A stretch of DNA of 64,000 nt from assembly GCA_965285935.1 (NCBI GenBank), contig OZ260664.1:48608001-48672000 (forward strand), in the 5' to 3' direction. The notes below the pieces were generated by a model that was given only the letters and a program-made list of their open reading frames with translations, was not told the origin of the DNA and did not search any database. Below, one piece after another: positions 51,801-64,000 of this stretch. The stretch's first letter is position 1. Every line of letters begins with the position of its first letter. The position numbers and the translations under genes are program-made. Source of the DNA: Ophelia neglecta. Taxonomy: Eukaryota.

Positions 51801-54199
51801 AGAGATATCCCAACGAATGTTTTTATCTTTTTACTCTGCATGAGCCTATGGTGGCCGCTTATGACAAAATTCATGCCATGATTTAGACACAACACAAAAA
51901 CTTGTGACTTTTGTCCGTGTCCTGTTACAAATTGAAATTATCTATAAAAACAGGGCATTTAGGAATGCAATTTATCCACCTATAGCAAGAGATAGCAAAC
52001 ACGTCTGTCTGACAGTCTACTCGGAACAAAGTCTAAATTAAATAACAAACATATCTAGGAAGAGTTTCATCTAAACCCATTTGCTATGTCCATAAATGAA
52101 GGAAAGAAAAAAAGTAAATCTTTTGATTTATGTTAGGTTAGACCGCCCACCTGCATGTTCCCCAGATCTATGGATTGCTGTGATATTTATCAATTATTTT
52201 TATAGTAATGGTACGCATCATAGCTTCATTTGCGGTAACATTTCCTTCTTTCATGTAGTAAAACTTGCACATGAACAATGGCAGCGGAAAGAAAAGCTTC
52301 GAGCGGCTGCTCTACCTTTGTGAGGTTAGAAGACGCATTGGCTCGCAACCAAACCCGAACTGAATCTGCATTTATTTTCATTTACGTGTATATACATATA
52401 CATATACCGCCATATATTACAGTTATAACAAAACAGTTTGGACTTGGCTATATTGCAAATACCGCAAAGGAGAACATATGGCAAAATTAATGTCCTTTCT
52501 GCACGCAGTTGGAGAGCTTCTACATTATATTGTTTCATCTGGTGATATTACGTTATATCCATTTCTCATTCAGACAGCTAGATTTGATGAAATAAACCAT
52601 CGATTTGCACCACACTATAACTATAACAATTTTTTTGCAAATTTCAACAATGCCAAAACATGTCTGCGAACATCGGCACAATTTTAGGCTGCTATTCTCT
52701 AAATTTAATATTCACCTTTTTCACAAACAAGAATAAGAATGTAAGAAGCAATGCATTTATCGTTATTATATAACATTATGCGCGACAAATTTACAATACA
52801 AAGGCTGAATGACCTATAACAATATAATACGAAAATAAATTCAGTAAATTTGTACTATTTTCTGAGCGGAAAATACATGAAAATGGCCCTAAAACGTACC
52901 CCGAGCTCCAAAATAGGTCTTACCAAGTCCTCTTGGTATTCTGTTCTCGCTGTTAATGGCTGTCAAACATGCACAATATCACCCCTACGAGGGCTATTAC
53001 TTATCACCGCGATAGATACTACCTACCTTCTTTAAACTGTATATATATATAGAGAGAGATTAAGCTAATAAAAATAGTATCATTTTTGTACGAAAGAAAT
53101 CTGTAAATTATGATCCAAGTATGTTTTCCCGGGGTATGTTTTTTTAAATAACTTAACCAGGACCTATAAGCATGTGGATATGTCTCACAGACAAATTCGT
53201 ATTTGAAACTACAGCCATCCTTTTGTGTCTATGCCTAAATATATTCCAAATTAATAAAGCTGCCTATGTCACAGTTGCTTGTCGTTCAGTGTGTTATCTT
53301 TAATATAAGTTCTCATGGATCGTGTGCATGGGCCTCCATTATAGTTTGCAGGGAACTAAATAAATCTCCTATCTGTTTCATGTAAAATCAAGGCTAGTCG
53401 ACGTATTTTTCACACATTCGTAACAAAATTATATTCGTACAGCGACTAGTTCTGTCTAGGGGCCGTTGTATTGAGTAAAATATATCAAAAGTTCAGCATA
53501 ACTCATGTAAATCATTTTGCTAGAGGCTCGAGATGAAAATTTGGACATAATATTTGTTTTTGTCACTTCTGAGAGCCATACCGCGCAGATGATGCTTGCC
53601 ATAAATAAAAAAAAGAAATTTATGGAAAGAATGGCCCGTTGTGGCCATCTTGGTGTTATCAATTAGGATCAGTCCGGCTTCTTTTAATATGCAATGCACT
53701 AGCTCACGGTAGTTCTTCTCCCTTGGGTATCCAATACGCTCCCCGGTTCCTAGTTGGAGCCATCTACTTTAGCCAATTGTCGACCCATATCTGAGTTTCG
53801 CATCGATTCGTCGAAAGCGTCAGTTGCGACACCCTCGTTGCTAATATGTGAGCTTAATTTGAACTCCCACCTAACTCATAAGTATTAAAAGCATTGCCAA
53901 ATATGCACCACGCTTCTGCTTGTCTGTTTAGGCATTTGCCTAAGCTATAGCATGGCAGGTTTGCATAGTAAGGCATTTGCTCTCCGTTTATTTTACCTTT
54001 TAATGCTTTTTTTGCCACAAGAATTTTACCAAAGAGCACATGACAGTTAAATAATATCTATGGAAGAGTATGGACATGTCTTCCAGAGAAATTCCGTACA
54101 TTCTGGTCGTTATGGAGGAAAGAAACTTTGGCCTATGCAGATTTTTGCAGTATGAAATAGGCAGGTAAAAAGGCAACCATGCGGAACAGCCGCCTGAAC

Positions 54200-56930
54200 A
54201 TTGACGCTGAATAGGAACCGGTGGTCATACAAACATTTCCTATCATCGCTCATGTGCGCAGGAGATATTGAACTAATCCAAGGCCCTGGTGTTTCAGGAT
54301 TGCTTTTGTGTAATGAACGTCCTTGCCATGACCAGCCCACAGTAAATTGGTTGGACGTTCAGCAACCGGAGGCCCTTGTTCAGCTGATTTCTGCTGCAGC
54401 CGAGGACAACTTTGAGGTCTTCAAAGAGAAAGGTTTGTACTTCCTACATCTTTATGCTAGAATCATTATTAATATAATTGAGGACCGTAAATCTGTTTGA
54501 ATTGATCTACTTCTGCCAAAAACTAAACCCATTTTAGTGGGTACTATTTATAAGCCACCTAAGGACAACACTTTTTATGAAAATCTTGAATTGTCTTTGG
54601 TGAGCTCAGATTCTTATATCAAGCAAGAGACTGCCATAATGGGTGACTTTAACACAAATGTTTCTGGTGTGTCATTGAAAGCTTTATGTGGGAATTCGAG
54701 AGATTTTATGAATTGTTTTGACTTTAAATTATTCAAATTATAAATGAACCAACAAGGGTAACTCCTTCTACTAGCAGTATAATTGATCTCATTATTGTGT
54801 CTGATGACTCCAAGGTGGCTCATCACGGTGTAATCACATATGGTTTGAGTGACCACTATTTAACTTATTGCACACGCAAAGTAACACGCGGGCAGGGAAC
54901 CAAGCATAATACAGTGCCCATAAGGTCCATGAAGAATCATACTATAGATTATTTTGTAGAGGTTTTAAATAACATCTCTTGGGGCAGTGTTTTAAATGAC
55001 CAGTGTATAAATAATGCAAGGTACCTGTTACCTGGGTACTCATGTCTGTTGTAGATAAGATCGCACCAGTTGAACAGGTCCGACTGAAGCAAAGATCAAA
55101 GCCATGGTTCAGTGGTGAAATTTTCGATGCAATCCAAATAAGGGACTTGGCTCTCAATAAGTTCAGAAAAAGTGGGCTTACAGAATGGTATGGCAGATAT
55201 AAAGAGGTTAGAAATTTTGCTCAGAGGCAGGTTAGGAAAGCCAAACAAATGTATATAGCTGATCAGATAGAAGCAAAGTGTCATGACTCTAAAAAACTTA
55301 GGAAGTGTATTAAGATGATTGGTTTGCCCAGCAATAAGTCTAGTGGCTCCACAAATATAGGTCTCAAATCTGACTGTGGAGATGAAATTGTGTTTGTTAA
55401 ACAACAGGTTGCAAACCGTTTTGACACATATGTTTTTTAGTATAGCAGAGAAACTTGCCTACTCTTGGTCATGGTGTTTTCTCTGACTATAGTGATTTTC
55501 TTCGAACTACTATAGGAATGTAAATCATATACAGTGAAACCTGTGAATTAAGACCACCCAGTGGACCTGAAAAATGCTGGTCTGATTTTGGAGGTGGTTG
55601 GTTTAGACAGGTTATTTAACATTGAAAGTATACAGCATGGTCCTTACTTTAGTGGTCTGGATTGACAGGTGGTCTGATTATAGAGGTGGTCTTTAAGGAA
55701 GTTTCCACTGTACAGTGACACCTGTGAATTGAGATCACCCAAGGGACTGGAAAATGCTGATCTGATTTTGGAGGTGGTTACTTTAGACAGGTTATTTAAC
55801 ATTGAAAGTATACAGCATGGTCCTTACTTTAGTGGTCTGAATTGACTGGTGGTCTGATTATAGAGGGGGTCTTTAAGGCAGTTTCCACTGTAGATTAATT
55901 TACTCTATGTATAGTGGATGAGAATGTTGTTCTCAATCAGCTCAGCTTGTTGAATGCTGGCAAATCAACTGGTTTGGATGGTATACCTGCGAGGTTTTTA
56001 AAGGAGGGTGCTCCTGCTATTTTAAAACCGGTAGCTTTTATATTTAATATTTCATTGAACACTTGTATAGTTCCTGACAATTTCAAACAGGCAAGAGTAG
56101 TGCCATTGTATAAAAAAATATACAAAAAAATATAACATCGCATCATTGAGCATTTCATGTGATGTAATCCTCATAAACTGAAAAAAAAAACGGTTCGGTA
56201 TTTGGGAGCTGCCCTGGAACAAACTATCAGTGGTGAAGTGATGGGAAAACATGCAGTTAAAAAGGTAAACTCCAAAATAAAATTCTTTTATAGGATTTCT
56301 AGGTTTATTCCATGTGGCGTTCGAAAATTATTGTGCATGTCACTTCTTCAGTCACATTTTGACTATGGTGCTAAATTTTTGGTGTTTTTGGTTTGACGAA
56401 GTACACTAAAGATAGAATGCAGGGGGCTCTGATCAAAATTGTTAGATTCATATCTAACCTTGAATATAGGGCACATTTTGGTAATCCTCTTTTTTTTAAG
56501 GATCTATCTATTTTGCCAATATCTCTAAGAAGTCACTATATGACATGTGTTCTGATGTATTTATGCTTAAATAATATGGCTCCGAAATAAATGAATAATT
56601 TTGTGAGAGTTAGAGATGTTCATAACCATTGAACTAGAGGTAGGCTGTTTAAAGTGGGATTGCCTAAGGCTCATGGGAATGTTGGAAGAGGTGCCTTTAT
56701 GTATTAGGGTGCTATGACTTGGAACAATCTTTCCAGCCATGTAAGTTCAGCTGTTAATATTGAAACTTTTAAGTGTACAAGTGAAGCTTATTTTCTTGGC
56801 CTGTTGACCTAATAATTGACACAGGTTTGTTGTATGGCGATGGTAGTGTATTATGTTTATTATGTAGGTGCTTAATATGGTTTTGGTAGAATTGATACAT
56901 GCATACCCCTGGGACCACCATAAGAATTGA
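54200..56930 (+). mobile_element. Decayed L2/Crack-type LINE (2A-like motif, APE endonuclease, RT with internal deletion)
   Basis: KGLYFLHL, ILVGTIYKPP, IMGDFN, INEPTRVT..IDL, GLSDH; GKSTGLDGIPARFLK..P..FK.ARVVPLYKK; jumps to YLGA.L..(RT domain 7), so the RT core is missing; multiple frameshifts and stops. Confidence 0.9.
55532..55890. mobile_element. Head-to-tail MITE dimer (55532-55710 and 55713-55890) nested in the LINE
   Basis: TA-CAGTG..CACTG-TA-CAGTG..CACTG-TA; both units are homologous to 28918-29092. Confidence 0.92.
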
Positions 56931-57069
56931 TACTGTATCATATATACGGACTCGGCAAGTTGCTTTAGCCCTTCTGGTAGTGTGTTGAAGCCATGATTTT
57001 AATCTTTCTCCGATCGTCAAAACAGACCTATATCTGACACTCACCCACGCCAGAACAAGAGTCTTTCTA

Positions 57070-57360
57070 TAGTCCGAACATCCTTTTCTCAAAAGGTTTC
57101 ATGGTCCGAAAGCATATTATTCCGTAGGTTTCCTGTCATAAGTTTTTGGGCCCTAAAGGAGTTTGGTCCGCAAAGGCCTTAAACTAATAACTTAAAGGTT
57201 CTTTGGGCCGAAAACTGTTTGCTCCGGCCTTTTTAATCAATGGTCACTTGGTTCGACAGCCAGATAGTCCGAAAGCCCTGCTTTATTAGACTAGCCTTAA
57301 GTTGGAATATCCTATGAATCAAAGGTTGATTGGTCCAAGTGTAATAGGATCCGAAGGTTC
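57070..57360. repeat. Degenerate tandem array with (G/T)GTCCGAA cores
   Basis: Recurrent ATAGTCCGAA / TGGTCCG / GGGCCGAA / GGATCCGAA units. Confidence 0.45.
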
Positions 57361-57864
57361 GGGCGTTAAAAAAACATCGCATACATTAATCGTCCACATA
57401 TGTTCAGTTTAAACCAGGAAAAGCAAATATAAATTAAATTTTAAATACACTTATAATCTCTGAAGTATATTAGTAGCATTAATTATAACTGGATGATGTG
57501 ATCGAAAGTTTAAAACATAAACATTTGCTTAAATTGTGAAGGAAATGGGCTCCGTCTAGTGTAATATTTTCAGACAACGATAACTGACTAAAGCTAGTTC
57601 AGTCCTAAGAATATTTGATATTGATATACATGTATATATGGTATTCTGTGGCAGAGCAATCGAGGCACGTTATATTGCCTATAAATCCTCCTAAGCTTAC
57701 CCAGAGGTGTTATCGGTATCCAATGAACCTGGCTTGCGTATTGACTAGATCAGTAACACCTACCAACACACTCACTTTTTCCCACCGTGAGAACTATATC
57801 ATGAAAATTGTCAGCCTCCATATAAATAGAATAGAAAAGAAACACTCGAAATTAGAATGCCTAT

Positions 57865-57908
57865 TCTACGTAACGCTGCAGACAATCATGTCAAATGATT
57901 GCCTTATA
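57865..57908. repeat. 44-bp direct repeat (putative TSD), copy 1; copy 2 at 61470-61513
   Basis: TCTACGTAACGCTGCAGA(C/A)AATCATGTCAAATGATTGCCTTATA, 43/44 identical. Confidence 0.9.
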
Positions 57909-60900
57909 TATATATGCTTTATTGCCTCCAGGTATAATTAGGAGAGTATATATAAATACAAATGTTTTAGGTGCATATGCTAATAATTACGTTGCATGTT
58001 AGGTTCTGATGATATAGGGTAAAGCTAAGTAAATTTTTAATCGTTTGAGACTGATTGAAAATCTATGACTTGCACAGTATCTTAAATATGCCTAGTTTAT
58101 CGGCTAGACGCCCGAATACTTGCGCAGGCGAGTAAGCCTTCGCTATTACCGTCAAGTTCTTTGCCAATCATATACTCGGCCTGTATTTCATTTTCACTGT
58201 TATGATTGATTGATTGATTGATTGATGATTGAGAGTCCAGGACATTCCGTCAGTATATGGGTTAGAAAGTCCTCGCAAATAGAATCACATATTTCGCAGT
58301 ACCTACCAAACGAGCATATTGCTAGCAGGCGAGCCAGAGAAGCCAGTTGTCTTTTATTAGTCACACACTCTGGTTTTAAGCCTAACTGCCAAATCAAGTG
58401 TGGACAGTCGGGCGTCATGTTTAATCGGCCAACTACGCTCAAATTCCTATCGCTTTGTAAAGTTCGCTCGTTCTGAGATCTTTCATATTCCCACACAGCG
58501 TTCTTCACTATTATTTGCCATTCCGCTTTGATGGCCGGCTACCGTCCGCCACAACCTGATCTAGGTAGGTAGTTTCTATGCCTAGATCTTCCATCAGATT
58601 TATTATTTCATTTGCAAAACCAAATCCGGCCTTACCATCTCGAGTCATAGAGTGTGCTAGTCTTGTCCTGAGGAGAGATTTTGCTTGAAGATCGTCGTCT
58701 GACCGGCACAAGCGTCCAAGAAACAAGAGTTTTTTCATCTTGATGAATGCAGAAAGGGAATGACACCCCAACATGCCTTGAGCAACAAGGCTTCGGCTTC
58801 TCGAAGGCAAGTTTTGAATCCGTTTGCAACAGAAATGATGCGCTGTTTCTAAGGATGTCATTTCACTCTGTTTCATTTCACACCACAGTTCACACCCGAA
58901 GGTGGCTCTTGGTAGTACGACGCTCCTATACAGTAGAGATGATGTTATCGGGCTCAGAGCACCCACGTGAGCGCCGATGGCTTACAGTGAGATAAGGCAT
59001 CCCTTAAGCTTATTACATGCCATCTGAGTACGAAGCGTGGAAGTCGAAGATTTGTCAAAGAGAATTCCTAAGTGAGTTTCCTCCTTGACTGTTTCGAGTA
59101 CATCGCCGTCAAGGGTGAATCTGCAATCTATATTTTTCCGTTTAGGTTCAATTACCATTATTTTGCTTTTTGTAGAGTTAAATTCAAACCTCCATTTATG
59201 ACTGTAGTCTACGCATATGTCAATCATTCGCTGTAGGCGAGATGGAGAGAGTGCCAGAAGGGCGACATCGTCAGCGTGCATGGGCGAGCCGCAGTATACG
59301 TCTCCAACTTGTAGACCAAGTCCTGAAGCCTTAAGTTGCAGTCCAAGATCGTAGTTGCAACATATATACATCCAGGCTCCTAGGATGGAGCCTTGCCTAG
59401 TTGATTGTTTAACAGCAATCTTGTCTGACTTTTTACCATTTAAAACCACTTGGGCGGTCATGTTCCTGTAGCTTTCCCTAAGCACTCTCCATGTCTTACC
59501 ATGCAGTGAAGCCTTTGCCATGTAGCTTGGTGAAGAGGCCGGGGTCCCAAACACTATCGAACGCGGTGGCAGCGTCAAGGTAACAGGCGTATAGAGTGGA
59601 TTGCCTCTCTCGGCAGAAGGCTGCCGCCTCCACAATCGTCAGTGATGTCATAAGGCTGCATTTGCCTTTTGGTAAGCATTCTGAATATTGCCAGGGAAAT
59701 CGTGATTATTTTTATGAAGCCCCATCTGATGTCTGTTTAAGATAAGCCGCTCCAATACCTTGCAGAGCACTGGTAGGAGCGTGATACCACGAAAGTTCGT
59801 ACACCAGTGAGTCATCTCCGCCAGCCTTTCCGTTTTTCAGCCTTTTTAGAATTTCAAAAACTTCTTGTCTGGAGAATCCGCTTAGCACCAAAATTTCTTC
59901 TTCTTTACTAGTTTTTTCTTCCAAGTTTTTCAATTTCTCTTTTATTTCCCTTTTCAGTGTAATATCATATACTTCGGCATGTCCTTGGGAGTATAAAGTT
60001 CTGTAAAGTATTCGTTCCAGCTTTGTAGTATCTGCTCCGGTGCTGAAATTACAGTCCCGTTTATATCAAGGGCGGCCACCCCTCTAGCTTGGGAGGCTTT
60101 ATTGCTGTTTACAGACCTCCACAGAAGCTCCTGGTCGGTATCCGCAGATATATCCAGTTTATGAAATCTGGCTCTGTCTGTCTCTTTCTCAAGTATTCTC
60201 ATCTGGAGCCTATACATTCTCTTTTTGTCCTTGTAATCTTGGTACGATTTAAATTCTTTTCCTCTCGGTTTTCCTACATTTTTCCATATCTGCCACTTCG
60301 CCATCATTTCTTTATGAAGTTCTGGCATTCCTCCAGGCTTCCAGAACGACTTTAATTGACCTCTCTTCTTAGATTTAGGGATAGCGTACAAAGCGGCTGC
60401 TTTAATTTCATCCACCAACGTGGCATAAGTTTTGTCAAGATCTGTCGCGGAATTTACTGTCTCAAAATTAATGTCTCTAGTGTTTATTTTCAACTGGAGA
60501 CGATATGCCTCAAATACCTCAGGGCAGTCTGCTTTTCTCCAGTTAGGCCTACCTTCGGTTGCTGTGTTCTCTCCATAGATTTCAGCTACGTCACTTTCCG
60601 ACCAGGCAGGTAAGTGATCCGACATGTTACCATCATCGTCTAGTATACCGAATGCCCTGTATCTGTATAACTGGTGTGTTTGCACTAGGATATGATCTAT
60701 AATGGAATGTGAGCCGTTTTTGCTTAAAAAAGTATATCGTGGTCCAGAACAGTTGTCGTGATTCATGACGGAGGCCATTGAGCATCTCTCAATCATTTGG
60801 CTTAATCTTAATGATCTAGGGTTATACCTGTGAGATTGAGTTGATTCGTAGACTATGTGCCCCTTCTGCACATTGCAGCAATTTATGACAGACCATAGCT

Positions 60901-61469
60901 AGTTTCATGCAAAGTGACAAGCCCCCTTTATACTTCTTTTTTGTCCTTTGGATTAGGGTCCAGTTTTTACATTCGTCTCGTGGTGTAATAAGAAGCACGT
61001 TCTTAAATAAAGTATTTCTCATTTCATTTAACTCTATGTCATTATTTGATGTTAGATGAACAGCAGTTTCGATGAAGTCTTTTTGAGTTTTATTCAACAA
61101 TGTCGGTGCATATTTATTCCATACATTGTTAGTTTGATTGGGACTGGCAGCTTCGGCTAGATAAGGTCCATTTGAGGTCACCTGGCTGTTAGCGTCTGGA
61201 GAATGCAGAGCGTAACTCTGATTGTCGCTCTGACGTGACGGTACTTCCATAACCTGGGAGTAAAATTCATTGTTCTCACAAAGTGTCAGTGCAAGCCGTA
61301 CCTCATTGGCAAGTACATGTATGTCCATAATTGTTTCACGGTTGACTTCACTGTCTCGCCCGTGAAGCACGGCGACGAGGATGTTTCAGCCCCCACGAAC
61401 AGCTGAAGCTGGCTTTCCCAGCTTTCGTCGGCTGGCAAAGAGAACAAAGCAGAGTAATGCACAGCCTCA
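57909..61469 (-). mobile_element. RTE/RTEX-like LINE, 5'-truncated, internally deleted and frameshifted
   Basis: ORF1-like remnant (60822-61469); APE end YTF..SIIDHI..SDHLP; LKNGKAGG.D; QNAYQ; YLDA..AFDSVW; RQGSIL; MHADD; YLG-like HLG; C..C...HIL.EC; 3' AATAAA and (TA)n near 57909-57923. Confidence 0.9.
58203..58230. repeat. (TGAT)n microsatellite inside the LINE ORF
   Basis: TGATTGATTGATTGATTGATTGATGATT. Confidence 0.9.
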
Positions 61470-61513
61470 TCTACGTAACGCTGCAGAAAATCATGTCAAA
61501 TGATTGCCTTATA
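61470..61513. repeat. 44-bp direct repeat (putative TSD), copy 2
   Basis: Matches 57865-57908 with one mismatch. Confidence 0.9.
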
Positions 61514-62517
61514 ACGAAGACTTGAATTACTAAATTCCAATGCCGTCTCCTGTCGCCTGTTTTGTACGATTTCTCATAATAGCAATAAAAATCTAAATTA
61601 CAAATGTTACACAGACTAAGGAAGGCTCCAAATGTCATGTAATATATGGCTCATTATCGCTGATTTACAACAAATATATAATGATACCCTGCATGTGATT
61701 AACAGACCTTTTTACCAAACAATTGGTCTATAAATCATTTGAGATCAGCATAGCTTGACACTTGTTCGTCCCTACTTGATATTCGCTGTTGAACATAGAG
61801 GCGTGTGGTAAGCCATCCCTTCATTGTAGTGCTTTCGAGAGGACCCTAGTGTGTTTATTCATCTGGTCATAAAATGTGTCAACTGCTTGTATTTCTGTAG
61901 CTGGAGCCAATAGAGACATACAATTGGGCGATTGATTAAATTGGTTCATTTTCGTAAAAAAGGCAATTGTTTTGTTTTCTTCTTTAAAGGATAATGAAGT
62001 ATTAAGTGGTATCTCGTTATAAATTCCAATAAAAAAGTGTGTATAAAACAAAAACAAAAAGATTAAACAAAAGGTACTGAATATCTCCATATTCCAATAT
62101 ATTTCTGCCCGTTACACAGTTCTTCCTCGGGGAATGACTACAGTCTTCTCTCAACTATCTTCTTTTCCAGCTCATTTCTAGTTCCAAGTTCCTCTACCCT
62201 ATGGCCTTCGTCAAATCGAGAAAAAAGTAAATTAATGTGGATGAACCTATTGTGGGTTTGTGTGACACACAGGAGGGGGTACCATTTAAACGCCACTTAT
62301 TGAGTGAAAGATTGGAAAAGGACAACACATCAAAATATTTTGAAATCAAAGGCTGCCCCTTTTTCCAGCCACATCGATGAGAGAGGGTTTGTGCCATTTT
62401 ACCCATAAAACACATGGAGCTTGTCACCGCTGGACGATAATAAATTATGGTTGAAAGCGTAGTAATTAACATATATCAAGTTAAACGCAGAGCACCCAGG
62501 TATCTTTGTAAGTAACG

Positions 62518-62800
62518 AAATATATCCGTCTTATTTCACCACGTCCACGGTTGACATTTTGGCAGAAAATTTGCTTCAAGTTAACTTCTTTATGACAAAA
62601 GAGATTATTGGTTTCCCTATGGTACTTTTCTTATCCCCTGATAGCAATATCCCGCTTTCCCCAGCATAAAGGGCCCTTATTTTGAGACTTGGGGCCTTTG
62701 TAAACTCACGAGCTTTCCTTGCTGATGTTTACAATTGACTTGCTCTGTTGACCAAATTACTGGCCCAAGGTTTAGAAACCCGCAAATTAAAACGGTTAAG
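62518..62800 (+). mobile_element. Penelope-like element RT-thumb fragment
   Basis: EIYP..; LYDKRD / GFPMVLF..SNIP.SPA*...LLTKLLAQG...KLKR matches the PLE motif LYDKRDDF.F.IVNFP..SNIP..PAY..LT.KLL.QG; contains stops and a frameshift. Confidence 0.7.
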
Positions 62801-64000
62801 CAGTTCCGATAATTTATTCACCAAATTATTACATGTGCCTTGACTACTTGTGGAATACAAGGAAAACCTCGATCTTGGTTAAGGAAAGTCAATATATAAT
62901 CGATTTCCCTGTTTTAGACTGTTCATATATTGGTTCTAGTGTCCACAGTTTGAGCTCATACGTCTTAAAAGATTGCTATAGATTTAATTGACATGTTCCT
63001 CTAGGCTAGGGTCAATGTGCATCGTCGCATCTTGAAGATGTGCGTAGTACGTCACAATAAAAGCATCACTGTTTCACTTGACATAGTTAACATTTTATTG
63101 TTTAATAGTGCATAGTATTATAATAAAGTTTTCCTCTTTAGAAGGCATGGAACTGTTACTTCCTTCTCATGTGTCATGTGTTTATTTATGACCAATCCAT
63201 GACAAGTCCAAGACTTATGAGAGGGACCAGTCCACCGTTGACTCTCCTAGGCAGGTGACATCTGTCTCCTCTGTTGAACACTGACTCCGTTGCATTGGGC
63301 TCTAACTCTCATCATGAAAAAATGTTGACTACTTCCCAATGTTAGAATGACATGGGTTTACTATGCACCATAGATTGGCTCATAATTATTTTAAGTGTCA
63401 TCTGTGACATTTATTATAATTGCTTTGCACTAAATGCTTCAATCTTCCCATTTAATCGCTGAAGCCAATGTTGAAATCGTTAAGGTGGCCACCAAAGTGG
63501 TAGTAAGTCGGCGATCTCCTGCTGGCACACGCAAAGGGGATGAAAATATTGACTGATTGGTGATATTGCTCTCACCAGATAAAAATTTTACTTCCCACCG
63601 AGAAAAGCTTATTATTACCTCGGCAGATGAAAGCCCCAGAATACAATTCGTTGGAGGTGCCTTGTGTCGCTATAAATCACCCAAAAATTCTTCATTCAGT
63701 CGCGCTTCCTTCTATGGGTCGATTTAAAAAATATATTCCGTTTAATTTGTATTTGCTCCAGCCGCACGAACCTTTCCTACGAGATATATGCGTTACCTCA
63801 TCCCTTTAAACTTTTTAAGTCTGTTTTACGACCATATGTCTTGGGTGAGAGTTTGGTTTATTTCATGTCCCCCTCCCAACACACACAATCGCACACACAC
63901 ACACACAATATTAATATATTAATTTTTGTCTTTACTTTAAGTGTAAAAGATGGGAAAAAGGGTACTGCTGGACCTGCCTATTACACCGCCATATGCTGAA

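Noticed and set aside
58203-58230. (ATCA)n as the 3' tail of the RTE-like LINE
   Set aside because: Coding-like sequence continues past it, and the poly(A) signal and direct repeat place the true end near 57909.
61370-61469. HDV-like ribozyme at the LINE 5' end (TCCTCGT)
   Set aside because: No P3 pairing around the loop, and the region reads as open ORF1-like coding sequence.
1-64000. Prokaryotic systems (operons, CRISPR arrays, rRNA, intact tRNA)
   Set aside because: The sequence is eukaryotic and intron-rich; no repeat-spacer array or structural RNA gene was seen, and most 60-100 aa track ORFs are chance frames.

Overview
AT-rich, intron-containing animal genomic DNA, probably from a marine invertebrate (lophotrochozoan/mollusc-like; taxon is inference), with one 143-N gap. 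Three spliced protein-coding genes were reconstructed by hand from splice sites and reading-frame phases. (1) The first two coding exons of a CACHD1/alpha2delta-like gene on the minus strand, running off the left edge. (2) A four-exon, 169-aa type-I membrane protein with a compact, 8-cysteine C-type-lectin-like domain (9838-14577, +), which the ORF track misses entirely. (3) A complete seven-exon DCST2/SPE-42-like sperm-fusion gene (38580-29512, -, 798 aa) with a compact TATA+CRE promoter. The rest is mostly decayed mobile DNA: CR1 fragments, an L2/Crack-type LINE with a scrambled 2A ribosome-skipping motif and a nested MITE dimer, an RTE/RTEX-like LINE bounded by a 44-bp direct repeat, Penelope-like and Academ-like fossils, MITEs, a tRNA-derived Pol III relic and a degenerate type-I hammerhead ribozyme. 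The palindrome TAGGCCTA is strongly over-represented. Family assignments rest on motif recall; no searches were run.
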